A stretch of 63,563 bases of DNA, counting the filler, from Ginglymostoma cirratum (Eukaryota): assembly GCA_024137785.1 (NCBI GenBank). It is 3 parts of 3 records of this genome, joined end to end, with 100 filler letters (N's around TTAATTAATTAA, not from the genome) between each part and the next. Parts side by side here need not be neighbours in the genome. Positions count along the whole stretch, not along the records: positions 30,253 to 61,043 come from JAHRHZ010000075.1; 2 more parts are not named here. The stretch is one strand, 5' to 3'. Below are positions 37,101 to 50,265 of the stretch, piece by piece. Positions within the stretch are counted from its first letter, which is position 1. Each line of letters opens with the position of its first letter. A program made the position numbers and the translations under genes. The notes beneath the pieces were generated by a model, which was given only the letters and a program-made list of their open reading frames with translations, did no database searches and was not told the DNA's origin.

Positions 37101-40100
37101 GTAATCCTAAAATTCAAGGAAATAATTTTTCTGGGGAAAAGCTGTTCTCACGGTCACTTTTTTCAGTTGAATATTATTTTAGTCTGTCATATCCACAGTC
37201 ATATCAGTGAGCCTTCCATGCTATTGGATTAGTTGAGGATTTGTGACAGACCCCTTTTATCTGCCATATTCATAGTGGTGCCAAGCTTTTCATCAGCTCC
37301 TTTTTTATTACAGTTCTGCTTTTCCACTCACGTTATGGCAACGTGTTCTCACAATTTGAGCAGCTTTCCACCAGGTGACAGGTGTCCTACCCGGCTGCAG
37401 TTGGCCAGGAGTCCATTTTCTATAATCCTCAGTCCGTGTTTTCCCTTTGAGTTGCCAATTAACTTCTCACACACCCTCTGTTTATTTTCCTGGATCCATC
37501 TGGGCTGAGCTGATATTGTAATCACTCTAATGCACATTGCCTTCCCTTCACACACAATGTGCCATCATGACGAGCCTTTTATTTTAGATAAGCCGAGGAA
37601 GTGTGTTTAATGAATACAAACCCGTTGTGCTGGTGTGCACTCTGCCAGAAGGTAATCTCCATGAATAGGTGCTTTCAGTATTTGGAGGAGATGCATAAGT
37701 CGATAAGGCTGGGAGTGAAGATGTAACCTGTTATCTGCTGCTCCTCTTGCTGGCTGTGAATTTACATTTAAAGATTAACACTGAAGAAAAGCTGCCTTTT
37801 GACAAGGTTAGGTATCATTCCTGGTCTTGACAGTATCTGACATCTCCTAAACCATTTCTCCAGGACTTCTAAAGGTGAGATTACCAGAGTCGTTATCTTT
37901 AATTGGGTTTAGCATTCCATCTCGACTGCCTTCTATAGTGTAGAACTAAGTACTGGGAGATGATAATGGAGAACAAAGGATTATTTATTGATGTGGCTTT
38001 ATAACCATTAGAATACTAAAGAATATGGTCAGGGTAATGACTTGATTTGCTATTTCATTATGTGTAAATTGCCTGAAAATAGTCTTGCCTCTCACAGAAA
38101 AACCAATAAAGCTCTTGAATGAAGAGGCAGAAAGCCTTTGTCTTTTATTTTTGATGGCATACGTTTGATAGCACTCGTTCTGTTATGTTGTCTGTGAGTG
38201 AAGCTGAAGAGACTCGTGAGGGTTTATTTAAATATAGGTAACACTGCACAGCACTAGACAACACATGCAAAAACATTTTTTTCGAGTTTATTCCAATACA
38301 AAAAAAATGTGAAAGAAAGCTCAATTGAAATCTGTTTTTTACAAGAAATAAGTATTTGTATTTTAGGGAAAAATTACAACTAGTCAATATGTTGGCACAA
38401 TAGAAACCATTACTTCTGAGCATATTGACATTTTGTGTTTGTGACTGGCTGTATGTGCAGTGAGATATTTCAGCTTCTCACTGGTTACAGTACATAAATA
38501 TTGCTGTAACTGACCTTTTATGTCCTTAGAAGCCCAACTGATGTTTGCAGATTCTTCCTAGGGGGTTATTATTTAAACAAGAATATTACATTACTCAAGA
38601 TGCAAATATATCACCTTGCAACAATTTAAAGCTTACTTAATTATTTCTTGTATATTGTTTGGCGATAATAGTGAAGATGGAAATTTAAACTCAAATGTAT
38701 GCTTGGCCTGTTGTACTTAAATGTCTTGTAATTTTTGGAATTTGGACGACTTTTGGAAATGTTCGAGACTGAGATTTGTATGATTTTCATGAAGTTGTTT
38801 AGCTTCTGTTTGATCAGCAGGTGCTGCTGAGATGAAAGCCATGTGCAAATTATTTCAAGGGTAAAAAGTGTCGATTGAAAATGAATGTGATAAAAGAAAG
38901 AGCAATCCGTTTTCTGATTTCAATTTGTGCAAAGTTTGAAGAGCTATTCTGCTAAACTGTCACATCTGTTCCATTTTGAATATTGAAGTGCATCTCCCCT
39001 ATAAATAAAGTGCCTTTTATTTGATCTAAATTGTCTGAGATTTAAAAATGGCCAAAGTATTTCCTTAGAAAATCTTGATAATTTATCTCTCCTTAATATT
39101 TTCCATGTTCTAGTTATTAATAATTATGGAGAGGATCTGAAGGTGATGGCGGCACCTCTTATTTTTAACATAGGGACAATATATGGTCGTCATTTCTTTG
39201 ACATGCTGTATTTAACTAGACTAATACTGAAGTTGAAAGTAGGCATTTGGATTATTTATTTATTCAGTTCCAGTTTTAAAGTGGTGTTCACACATGTGCT
39301 CCAGGTTTTAAAATTGTTTCCGCTTTTGACTTACCTTATTAAAAACATGTGAGCAGCATCTGTCTTACAGCGTCCACCCTTGTATCTTTACACCATTTTA
39401 TTGAATATTGTGACTTAGTGCAAACAGACCTGAGAGTAAAAGCTGACACTAAAATAGCATTATGGCAAAAAAAACAGCATCAGTGCTTCTTTCCCACTGA
39501 CCGTGTGGTAAAAGAAGTTCTAATTTTCCATCTCTTAATGAGCTGAGAAATTCTGTAATCTCACTGTGTTGACAATGTTTTTCTGTGATATTTTATCAAT
39601 ATTTCAGCTGTTTCACATTCACGGAGTTTGTATGCTTTTATTCAGCAACGCAAAATTCCATTTGAGAAAGGTGCTGCGTGAAAAGATGACAAAAAATGTT
39701 AATCTAACCCACTGCATGATTAATTTGGAAAAGTAAATATCCTTTAATTTTGCCAACTCCATTGAGCTCGTGAGCATTTGCTCAAGTAATGCTTTGGTAG
39801 CTTGCTGCTGAGACCACTGATTGTTTTAAATTGCATTACCAATGCAATCGTCACAACAGTGAACTGTACAGGTACAATTAAAATACATGTAGAAATATTC
39901 AGAGAGGAGGAAGGTTTGGTGGGATCCATCAGACCAAAGCAGTATAAGAAAAAGAAATACAATATTTTGGTGTTTAATTGGTCTTGAGTTGCCTGAAGGC
40001 CTTTAAAACTTGGTTTGTTACATTGCTTTCATGGTCAGACGCTCAGCAGATGAAATCAGAAAATCATGTTTGCAGCTGGGCAATTACAATGGTGCCCAAG

Positions 40101-40736
40101 ATCTGTGACTATCGAGCATGAACGCAGATGCCTTCAAAGTTATATTTTCTTGCATGTGGAGGTTGTTGGCATGAAACAGATGCCTTCATTTTTTTTTGAG
40201 AAGTCAGCCTGTGGATATAATTGGTTCTCTCTTCCCATCCTCCAGGGAGAGTCTCTCACAGATGAAATCAGATGAGAAAAATTTTGCACAAAGCAAACGT
40301 ATTCATGGTTTAAGCACCGTATGCTGCAGACACAGTCAATGACTAGATTCCTCATATTAATGGAATAAGAAATAACAAATGTGTGCACAGTTTTTTTTCA
40401 ATTTTATTCCTGTAATAAAATCAATTTAGTGTTAGTGTATGCATGATAATGTATATGCATCTGCACTAAATTGTGTACATAATAGTACAAATGGTTTTAA
40501 AGCCCCTGTCTGGCAAAGCAATGCATTTTCAAAATGAGTATATTTTAGCATATGGTTGGAATCAATCAAAAAAATCTTGTGCATGCAACTGATTGCATTA
40601 CCATCTGTCATAAAAAGTCCTCAGTTGGCATCTTTTTTACATAATGTCTGAGCTGCAAGAAACATTTTATATCGAAGAAAAACGCTTCCCCTTTTTTAAT
40701 GAAGAGAAACTTAGGGTTTTGATTTAAATAAACATG

Positions 40737-41441
40737 GGGCAGAATTTTTTTTGGCGGACTGCAGGACCCAGAGGTCAGGGCCAGATGGGAGTCCTGATTC
40801 TGCGCTGGTTGGTGAGGCTTATATCAGAAGTGACCGGGAGCCGGGCTCCTAATTGGCTGCCTCACACTGGTCATTCTGTTAGAAGCTACAGTTGGGCTTT
40901 TGATCATTTTAGCAGCAATTCAAAGACTGGGATCTGTAGAACCACAGCAGTCCCTCTGATGGAGTTGGGCACTTGCAGATTCAGGTCGATTTTTGGGCCC
41001 ATGCATCATTATGCCAGTCTCCATTTGTATGATTCTGAGGGTGAATTACATTAAAGAGGTGTACATACCACTCCGCTGAGTGGGCCTTGGTGGTGATTAT
41101 GAGTGCAGCCCCTTCTTTGTGGCATAAACTTCCAGTTTCAATGGGGTTCAGCCACCTCCTTTGGGCTGGTGGCCTTCAGATGGAGAGTGAGTGGCAGTGG
41201 GGAACCATGTCAGCATTGGTAAAATGACCATGAGGCTGAAAACCAATTCTAATTGAGGCTTTACGCCATGTAAATAGGCTTCCCAGCTCATGAATTGGGT
41301 GGCTGACCTGTTTCCCAGCTCACGCTGGGAGTTTCCCAGCAGCAGGAATGAGTTAGGAAGATGTCCTGACAAAACTCCTCACTACTTTCCTGGCATCTCT
41401 CCCAGCCTTGCTCTTGCCACAGTGTGGCTGAGAAATGTCCC
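40737..41441. mobile_element. Possible MITE / non-autonomous DNA transposon remnant
   Basis: GC-richer block starting gggcagaatttt and ending gaaatgtccc, flanked by ATG on both sides; terminal repeats are degenerate. Confidence 0.35.
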
Positions 41442-43074
41442 ATGACCTACACCCAATTAGAAGAACTGGTTGGAAGATTGGTAATTCTGTTATATGTAGA
41501 ATGATAACATTGCAAGTTGCTACATCTTCTGATTAGCATCTAGCTCATTTTAGGACTGACAGTGCTTACATTTTCATTTTTCATGAGTTATTAGTTTAAG
41601 TTGTCTGTTTGGTGCTCACAATGGAGTGTTTGGTTTTTAAACAAAAGACAGCAGTGATGCGTTGGCTTGCCTATTTACTATATAGTTTGGTAATTCCACA
41701 GATAAGTTGAGCTACAGTTAAATTGTGAAGCATCTGTAGTTGAAGAATTTAGACAATGCGTTTTGGTTCTGTGTGCTGTGGAATTTGTCACATTTGTATA
41801 GCGACTGGATATTGCTCAGAACTTGTAATTATGAATTGCTAATCTACTGTCTCCTGAATTTTGCTGATGTTTGCCGTGGGAGGTGTTGTACATTTCACAA
41901 TATATGGACAAAACATCTCTTCAGGTGGTACTTTATATGCTCAAAACTCAGAGTTAGGCAGCAAATGAAAAACCCACTCAACCTGTTGTTCCTGTGTTGA
42001 TGCAACTATGATGGACGACTTGCCCCCTACTCTTTCTCCATTATGTTTTATCGTCCGTTTCAGGAACTTTTCTACAACTAACTAACATGCAATGATGCTA
42101 TCTCCTTTAATATTCACTTGTGATTGTCAGAGAAAAAAGAATCCAGCATTCTCCTTTGCTTTATTTGTGACAATATTTTGTCTGTGCCATCTTATTCAAG
42201 GAAACATACGTTTTTACAGCAATTTTCAAGTTTTTAGGCCATCCCAAAGTGCTATAAACACATTCAATCACCATTATTATTTCCACAAATATAAGAACCA
42301 ATTTTCACATAGCAAACTCTCACTTTAAAGAAAATTAAAGAATGACAAGAGAATCTGTTTTTGATTCAGAAAGCTATTTTGATCAGGATCTAGGATAATT
42401 TTATGGTCTTCAAATAGCATGTGGAGTTTTGTGCATCTGCTTAAAAGCTATAAAACTTTGTTTTAAGGTGTCACCTGCAAGATGCCATAGCTGCTAATGT
42501 AGCACACCTCAAAGTATTGAATTATCAAGGGGCTTGAGTCCACAAACCTCTGATGTCGAGGAAATGCTCAATGAACTAACACAAGGTGATATTCAATGAT
42601 TTGCCGTCCAATGGAAGGAACCTTTTACTGTTTTCCCTCATAACCTACTAACTAGTGAAACAAATTTCCATTGTTTATCCTCTCAAAATCCTTCAAAATT
42701 CTTTCAGTGTTACTTCTTTTTCATTACTGAGTAATGTTGCAGCAGAAATGCAGCAATGAGTGCCCAATCATCATAATCGTGGAATAATAAATGCAACCTA
42801 GAGTGTTCATTCAGGATTTTGGAACATTGAAGTGTTTTTTTTCATTATGTGTAGGTTTTCTGTGAACTGCCTCAGAGAGATAGTTTTTATCTTTCAAATC
42901 TGATGTTATGCTAAAGTTCAACCTGCCACCTCAGATTGATGTAAAACGTCGCAAATCATAATATTGAGGAAGAGTTACCCTTGCTCCCCTGGCCAATATT
43001 TACCCCTCAATTGACATCAGAAAACTAGGTTGTCTGCTAATTATGACACTGCTGTACATGCGAGCCTATTAAAT

Positions 43075-43200
43075 GCAAAAAAAACCAAATTGCTTGAAAG
43101 GCTCAGCAGGTCTGGCAGCATCTGTGGGGAGAAATCAGAGTTAACGTTTCAGGTTTGATGACCCTTCCTCAGAACTGATGGTAGCTAGGAAAAGATTGGT
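43075..43200 (-). mobile_element. Penelope-derived arm with hammerhead core
   Basis: Reverse complement of 43143-43172 is CTGAGGAagggtcatcaaacctGAAACGTT; family motif cagcaggtctggcagcatctgtg adjacent. Confidence 0.65.
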
Positions 43201-43784
43201 TTTGTGAGTGATTGCAGATTATTGACTCTAAAATACCTTGACGTGTCAAGGTTGTGAAAGGTGCTAAATAAATACAATTATTTCCTTGTGTGTGTGGACT
43301 TGTAGTTTGTACCGTTTTACTCACTAGGTGATCTATTCATTGTTTGTTTGTCTGCTAGCCTGCAGATGATGCAATTGTTATTCTTGAATTGTTCTGTCAA
43401 AGCATAACTTTTAGATTTTCGTTTATACATGTGTTCATTTTTCCAAAGTACATAACTGGACAAATTCATAAAACTGTCCTTGTCAATTTATTTTTCGTTT
43501 GGGATAAGTAGATAATATGGCACGAATGCCTGGTGTTCTGTTGGTACCAAAGAAATCCATAATAAGATCAAGGATAGTTGTGCTTCTGTAGTCCTTTATG
43601 TTTAAAGCTAAAATTACATGTTGCAATGGTGCGACACACAATGATTTGTATCTAGTACCACTGTAGTAATTAAATAATATTCTGAGAATGTAAACCATTT
43701 TAGGATTTTGGCTATCTTCTCCCAATATGTCAGTTATACTTTTTCACTTGGAAGCAGAGTGAGATGCTTGGCTGTGTTGAACCA

Positions 43785-44575
43785 TATAAATGTGCTGGAA
43801 AAACTCAGCAGGTCTTGCAGCATCTGTGGACTGAGAAACAGAGTTAATGTGTACCTCCTCCCTGCTCACTGTCCAAATTTCCAACACATTTTCCACTCAT
43901 TTATTTGGACTTTCAGTATGGACCACACTATTTGCTTCTCACAATGCAGTCCCTTCCACCATATGAAGAATGGGTGATCGGTTTGCGGAACACCTCCGCT
44001 CAGCCTGCAAGAATGTCTGTGATCTTCCAGTCACTTGTCATTTCAATGTACTGTCTTGCTCTCGTACTAACATTTCGATTGTAGGCATGGCAGCAATGCT
44101 GCAACCAATGCAAGATCAATGCAATGCGGCACAATAGCGCCTCATTTTCAGTTTAGGTACTTGACAGGCTTTCAGACTCATCTTTGGGCTCAACAACCTC
44201 AGAGCATGAAATCCATTCTCCATTCTGATTACCTTGAATACCACCTCCCCATATTTGTTTGCATGGATTTGCTGTCAGCACAGCTGACCTATTTTCTGCC
44301 ATTAACACCTAGTCTTCATTCATAGTTATTCTCTTAACACTCCCTTTGCCTTTTGCTCTGGGCACCTTGACCATCTGTTCCACTTGCTTTTCCTCCCTTA
44401 TTTTTCCACGGCATAAATTACATCACTTATCAGCTCCCTTCAGTTCTGAAGAAGTGTCAATATTGAACTCAAAACGTTAACTCTATTTTTTTTCTCCACA
44501 GATGCTGCCACACCTTTTGAGTTTGTCCAGCCCTTTCGGTTTTTATTTCAGATCTGCAGCATCTGCAATTGCTTT
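43785..44575 (+). mobile_element. Truncated Penelope-like retroelement (GIY-YIG remnant plus pLTR, inverted 5' arm)
   Basis: GDRFAEHLRSACKN..DLPVTCHFN and RLIFSLGT remnants (about 43973-44160); degenerate hammerhead ctgaagaag...caaaacgtt at about 44446-44478; inverted arm at about 43790-43850. Confidence 0.7.
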
Positions 44576-46499
44576 TGCACTGTATAACCATGATGGAATT
44601 GAGTCTGAGGACATGCGTTTAGTTGAAGCTATGTACATAAATGATCTTTTTAAGTCTCGTTGTTCCTGAAAATTTGGATTTAAAACAAAACTTATGAAAG
44701 TCCAAACCTCTTCAAAGGTAGAAATCAGTAGGTGTGTTTGCATTGTGATGCTTTATGAATTCATACTTTTGAGTATTTCACAAGACCTTGGGTTCAATCT
44801 GAAAATGCTTTTGTGTCCCTGTAAAGTTGTTAGTGCACTTTGTATTGATGAGGTGTAGAACCTGAGATAATACTAGTCTTTGTTTACCAATAGAAATGAC
44901 AGTTCAGTGAGATTTATTCCCATCTGTAAAATCAGGGAATCATCCTAATCACGAGAGAGAGAATATAATGTATTATCTCATTATGATCTAAGCTTGTTTT
45001 TGTTAAGCTAAAGAGAGTGATAGCCAGGCTAGAGGCCAAAGTCGGCTGTAGCCAGAAAGACCCATAGGAAATTAGATGAGGACTGGCAGAAAACAGTCTG
45101 GTCTAAACAGTGAAACAATTGGAATTTGTCAAGTAGAATAGGAAGGCTGGTGAAACAGAGAAAGGAACTTTCATTTGAATAGAGTTATGGGGAGATGGCC
45201 AAAAATATGATTTTGTATCTTCAGCTGCTATTTCTGACTCAGGCCATTGTCTCCCCAGAGCTCTTATCTCAAATTCCTGGATATGAACTTCTTACTTCCT
45301 AAAAATGAGCAAAACAAAGAACAGCAAAATAAAAGCAGATGCTGCTGTGAATAACAGTTATGTTTCTTCAGCAGTTAATTTTTTTAACAGTACAACTCTG
45401 GATCCACAGTTTTAATAGACAATGAACTCCTTTGCTATGTGCTGTTTTAAACAGTTTCCCTTCTACTCAAACAAGTTGTTAATTGTTTGCTAATTTTCTT
45501 TTACTGAAAGTAAAGATGGTGTGGTAGAACAAGTGGAACAATCAAATATGGAAACTTGGTTCAGTATACTTTATTACATAATACCTATTGAGGCAGGGAT
45601 ATCATTTCAAAGGAAGTTAGTTATCTATTGGAAAGAATTTTGAAGGATACAGGATATAAATAGGTAAGTTGAAATTTGAGCAGACACTAACAAAGGCCTG
45701 ATGGGCCAAATGGCCTTATTTACTTTAATTCCTATGATCTACTTTGGAAAGATGTAGATCTAGTTTTTGTTGTCACATATACTCAAGTACAGGGTACAAG
45801 CGTACAGTGAATGGTGTACAATGTTGCCACATGTGGCACTATCTTACGTACCAGATATTTAGGTATAAAATCCTACTTATAGAAACATAAAGAAATATTT
45901 TAAGTTCAGCACTACAGGCATCTTAGTATAAAAGTACAAAAATAAAGAAATAAAGTTAAAAAGTCAATTTAGCAATCGTTTGTTCTTGATAGTGCAATGT
46001 AGTTTTGAAGTATGCTAAAGTGTCTCGTGGAAGTTGCAAAGCATTGCCTGAACTGATCTGCCAGCAATTCACTGTACAAACAAGTTTCCCCAACAGCCCC
46101 ATTATCTTGTCTCGACCTTGTATCGAACAGTTGCTTCTTTTTAAGAATCGGGAACTCAGCGAACAAAGCTTTAAATCAACATCAAATCTTTGGATGTTTG
46201 TCAGATCTTTAAACCCAAAGGTTCAGCCAGTGGAAGTCTGATAGAGTGGAACTCCTACAGTGTGGAAAATTGCCCTGTCCATAAAATGCAGGACTCATCT
46301 TGGCTGGCCCATTACTGGCTTATTGATGTACTCTCAATCATCAGCAACATGATGGGAGATGTCAGCAATAGTGCTCTTAAATGGCAATAATGCAACAATT
46401 ACCTGCTTGCCAATGTTCAGTATGATTTCTGTCAGGATCTCTCAGTTACAAGCTTGGTCCAGACATGCACAAAGGAGGTTAATAAGCTTCCAAGTGGTG

Positions 46500-47540
46500 C
46501 GGTCATTGTCTATAGGATGGTTGTAAAAGGTTTCAACCTCAACTGGTTGAAATCCCAAGAAGAAAATGACACCGATATTGCTTGTACACCTTCAATATGC
46601 AGATGACAATGTCACCTCCACTGTCTTGAAAGAGAATTTTCAAGCCTTGCATAATGCATTCGCGACAGCATAACCAGGAAGTTGGCCTCAGGCTCATTCT
46701 CAGGAAGACTCCAATCCTTTACCAACCCATCACAGGGCAAGTTCTGGTCTATCCCTCTATTAAAATCAACAGACATTCTCCCAAATGTGGAAGGTTTCCA
46801 CTATGTACATTAGCATAGATGCAGAGATTCAACATTGCATTAAATGTACAAGCACTGCCTTTGGATGCCTAAAGATGAAAGTCTTTGGTAACCGTGACTT
46901 CTATGCTGATACCAAGATCCTTGTGTAACCCTTTGATACAGTTCAGAAGCATGAACTATGCATAGACACCACCTCAAGGCCCTGGAGAAGTACCATCAGA
47001 ACTGTTTGAAACAGGTTCTTTGCGTCAGTGGGAGGACAGTTGTATTAACGCTAGCATTCACGAAAGAGCCAATAGCACCAGCATCAAGGCTACAATCATC
47101 TGAAACCAACCCAGCTCGGCCGGCCACGTACTTAGGATGCCTGAGTTCTGACTCCTGAAGCAATTCTCCTTCACCAAGCTGAAGAAAGGCACTGGAACAA
47201 GAGGAAGATAAAGGAAGCATTTCAAATACTTCCTGAAAGCTTACCTCAAGCAGTGCCTACATAATGTCAATGCATGGGAGATCCAAGCTTGGAAGAATCC
47301 AATCTGGAGGAACGTCCTGTATGAAGAGTTACAATTCTTTGACAACAGCTGTAGGTAAGAGGAAGTACGGAAAAGGAACCTGAGGAATGAATACCAGTGT
47401 TCCTGAGGCCATCTCCCTGCCAACTGTGTGGGTGGAGATGCGGCTTGAAGATTGAGCTCACGAGCCACACAAGGAACAGCAGATTCCATAACAATTGTGA
47501 TGGAATTTCCGAGCTGGACAATCAGAATCATTAGCTAGTG
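46500..47540 (+). mobile_element. Degenerate RTE-clade LINE fragment
   Basis: LQYADD at about 46591-46608, DAEIQHCI...AFG, and RHHLKALEKYHQNCL typical of the RTE/BovB C-terminus. Confidence 0.75.
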
Positions 47541-48369
47541 ATTGCTGACAATGATGACGTTTTCAATGCTTTTGTATTTTGACATTCGGAATGGGGAAGA
47601 TAGGCCAAGTCAGAATGTTACAAATGCAAATTTAACCACGTTTTAGAGCCAGTCTTAACTGTGACATTACCTACAGTTTTCATCAGTAAAATGTTTTGAA
47701 GGGATGGAAGATGTGATCATAACTGGACTGCACTAACTAGTTTTCAAACTAGTTTTAATCTGTGATGGGGAGGAGATGGAGAGAAAAATCTGCACTATAC
47801 ATACCATTGCTTATTTGTACTATTATCATTCAGTGGCCTTTAGTAACTTTACACAGGTACAGTCCAGAGAAACTGCACTATTAGAAATCCCTTTAGATTT
47901 TTATTTGCTTTAACCAAACTTGCAAAAATTGATTGATTGGACTTCACCCTGAGAATAATTGTTTATTTATGGAAACGTTTTCTGTTTTGTTACGAACATT
48001 GTTTGGCATCCAGCGTATTAAAATGTAACTATGGATATTCTTGATATTAGTTGAGTCTTGCAGAGGAGTCATAACAAGACTGTATACAGAACTATAAAAT
48101 AATAGAAGGGTTATAACTCAGAAGAAGGGCATTCCAGCTCATTTTCTGTAGGTAACCTCAGCCAAGGGCGACTCTGTTAGTCCTACTCCCCCACCTTTTT
48201 ACTGTAACCCTACAAATTTAAGTCACATCATTTAAGAGCAGGTCTTTTTGATTTGCAAACTCCATATTAAAATGGAACTCAGTGTTTCAATGCCAAAACA
48301 TGATGTTTCTATCATCATAGAGTTGCATCAACATTGTGGTTTACATTATCTGTTTTTTTCATTGACACT

Positions 48370-50265
48370 CTGAGCTAATCGATTTCTGCCTTGACTGACA
48401 CAAAAATAAAACTTGAAATGTGGCTAACGATGGAAATTAGTGGTAGTATTAGATCCAAGAAAGGGGTGCACAAATTGTCCAAAAAAAGCAGCAGACCTGA
48501 GAAGTGGGAGCAGTTTAGATATCTGTAAAGGAGGACTGACTCATTGATTAAGCGGGGAAAATAAGAGTTTGTGAGTAAGCTTGCGGGGAATGTAGAAACT
48601 GTAAAAGCTTCTGTGGTTATCAAAAGAGAAGAAGATTAGTTGAGAAAAAGGTAGGCCCCTCACAGTCAGAAGCAGTAGAAGTTATAAAGGGGAAGGAGGA
48701 CATGGCAGATCAATTTAATACATATTTTGGTTCTGTTTTCACAATTGAGGAACTGAAGGAAATCATTATTATAAGGAAATGATGTTGGAGAAATTGATAG
48801 GATTAAAGGCTGATAAATCCCCAGGGCCCAGTAAATTATGTCCCAGATCACGTCAAAGTATGTCCCAGACGTACTTTTACGAAAATGACGTAGTTACGAA
48901 AATGACCGGAGAAATAGTAATGCATTCATGGTTATCTTTCAAGATTCTATAGATTCTGGAATCGTTCCTATGGATTGAAGTTTGCTATATTAACCCCACA
49001 ACTTCAAAAAAGGAGGTAGAGAGAAAACAGGGAATTGTAGAACTATTAGCCGGACATTGGTAATAGGGAAAATGCTCAACTCCATTATATAAGTTTTAAT
49101 AACAGAGCACTTGGCTGAAAGGGAAATCATGCTTGACAAGTCACCTGGAATTCTTTGAGGATATAGCATGGAGTTGATAAAGCTAGTGGATGTGGTTTAC
49201 TTGGACTTTCAGAAGCCTTTCAATGAGATCCCACATAAAAGATTAGCATGTAAAATTTATGCCACGTGGAATTGGGTGAAGTGTACTTTTGTGGATAGAG
49301 AACTGGTCGGCAGACAGGAAACCAAATGTAGGAACAATTGGGTCTTTTTCTGAGCAGCAGCTAGTGACTAGTGGGGCACTGAAGGGATCAGTGCTAGGAC
49401 CGCAGCTACTCACAATCCATATTAATGAATTAAATGAAGGAACTAAACGTAATATTTCCAAGTTTGCAGATGACACAAAGCTGTGTGAAAAGATGAGCTT
49501 GTAAAGATGCTTCAGGTGTGTTTTGGATGAATTGAGTGAGTGGGCAGATGCACGCCAGATGACATATCATGTGGATAAATGAAGTGGTCCACCTTGGTTG
49601 CAAAAGCAGGAAGGCAGATCATTATCTAAATAGGGATAGTTTGGGTATGGGGGAGCTGCAATGACTTCTAGATGCCTTTACACACCAGACACTGAAGAAG
49701 GCAAATCGCATTTTGGACTTCATGGCAAGAAGATTTGAGAACTAATGTAGGGATGCCTTTCTCCAGTTGTACAGGGCCTTTGCGAGACCACACTTGGAAT
49801 ATTATGTGCAGTTTGATCTCCTTTAATATAAAGCAGGATGTTCTGCCTATTGACACGTTGCAATGAAGGTTTACCAGACTGATTTCTGAAATGGCAGCCC
49901 TGACGTATGAAGAGAGACTGGATCAACGAGGACCATATTCACTGGAATTTAGAAAAATGAGGGCAAATCTCCTAGAAACATATAAATTTTAACGGGACTA
50001 GGCAATGTAAATGCAGGAAGAAAGTTCTTGATGATGGGGAGTCCAGAAATAGGGGTCACAGTTTAAGGATATCGGGTAGGTCCTTTAGGATTGAGATGAG
50101 GAGAAATTACTTCACTGAGTGGTGACCTTGTGGAATTCTGAAGCGATTGAGGCTAAAGGGAGAAAGGAGAAACAGAGTACTGAGTTACATGATCAGCTGT
50201 GATCAGATTGAATAAATTGAAAGGCTGAATGGCCTACCTCTACTTCTGTTTTCCATATTTCTATG
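48370..50265 (+). mobile_element. Degenerate CR1 ORF2 3' half
   Basis: VDVVYLDFQKPFNEIPH, GSVLGP and ISKFADDTKL remnants; 3' UTR ggctgaatggcctac. Confidence 0.85.
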
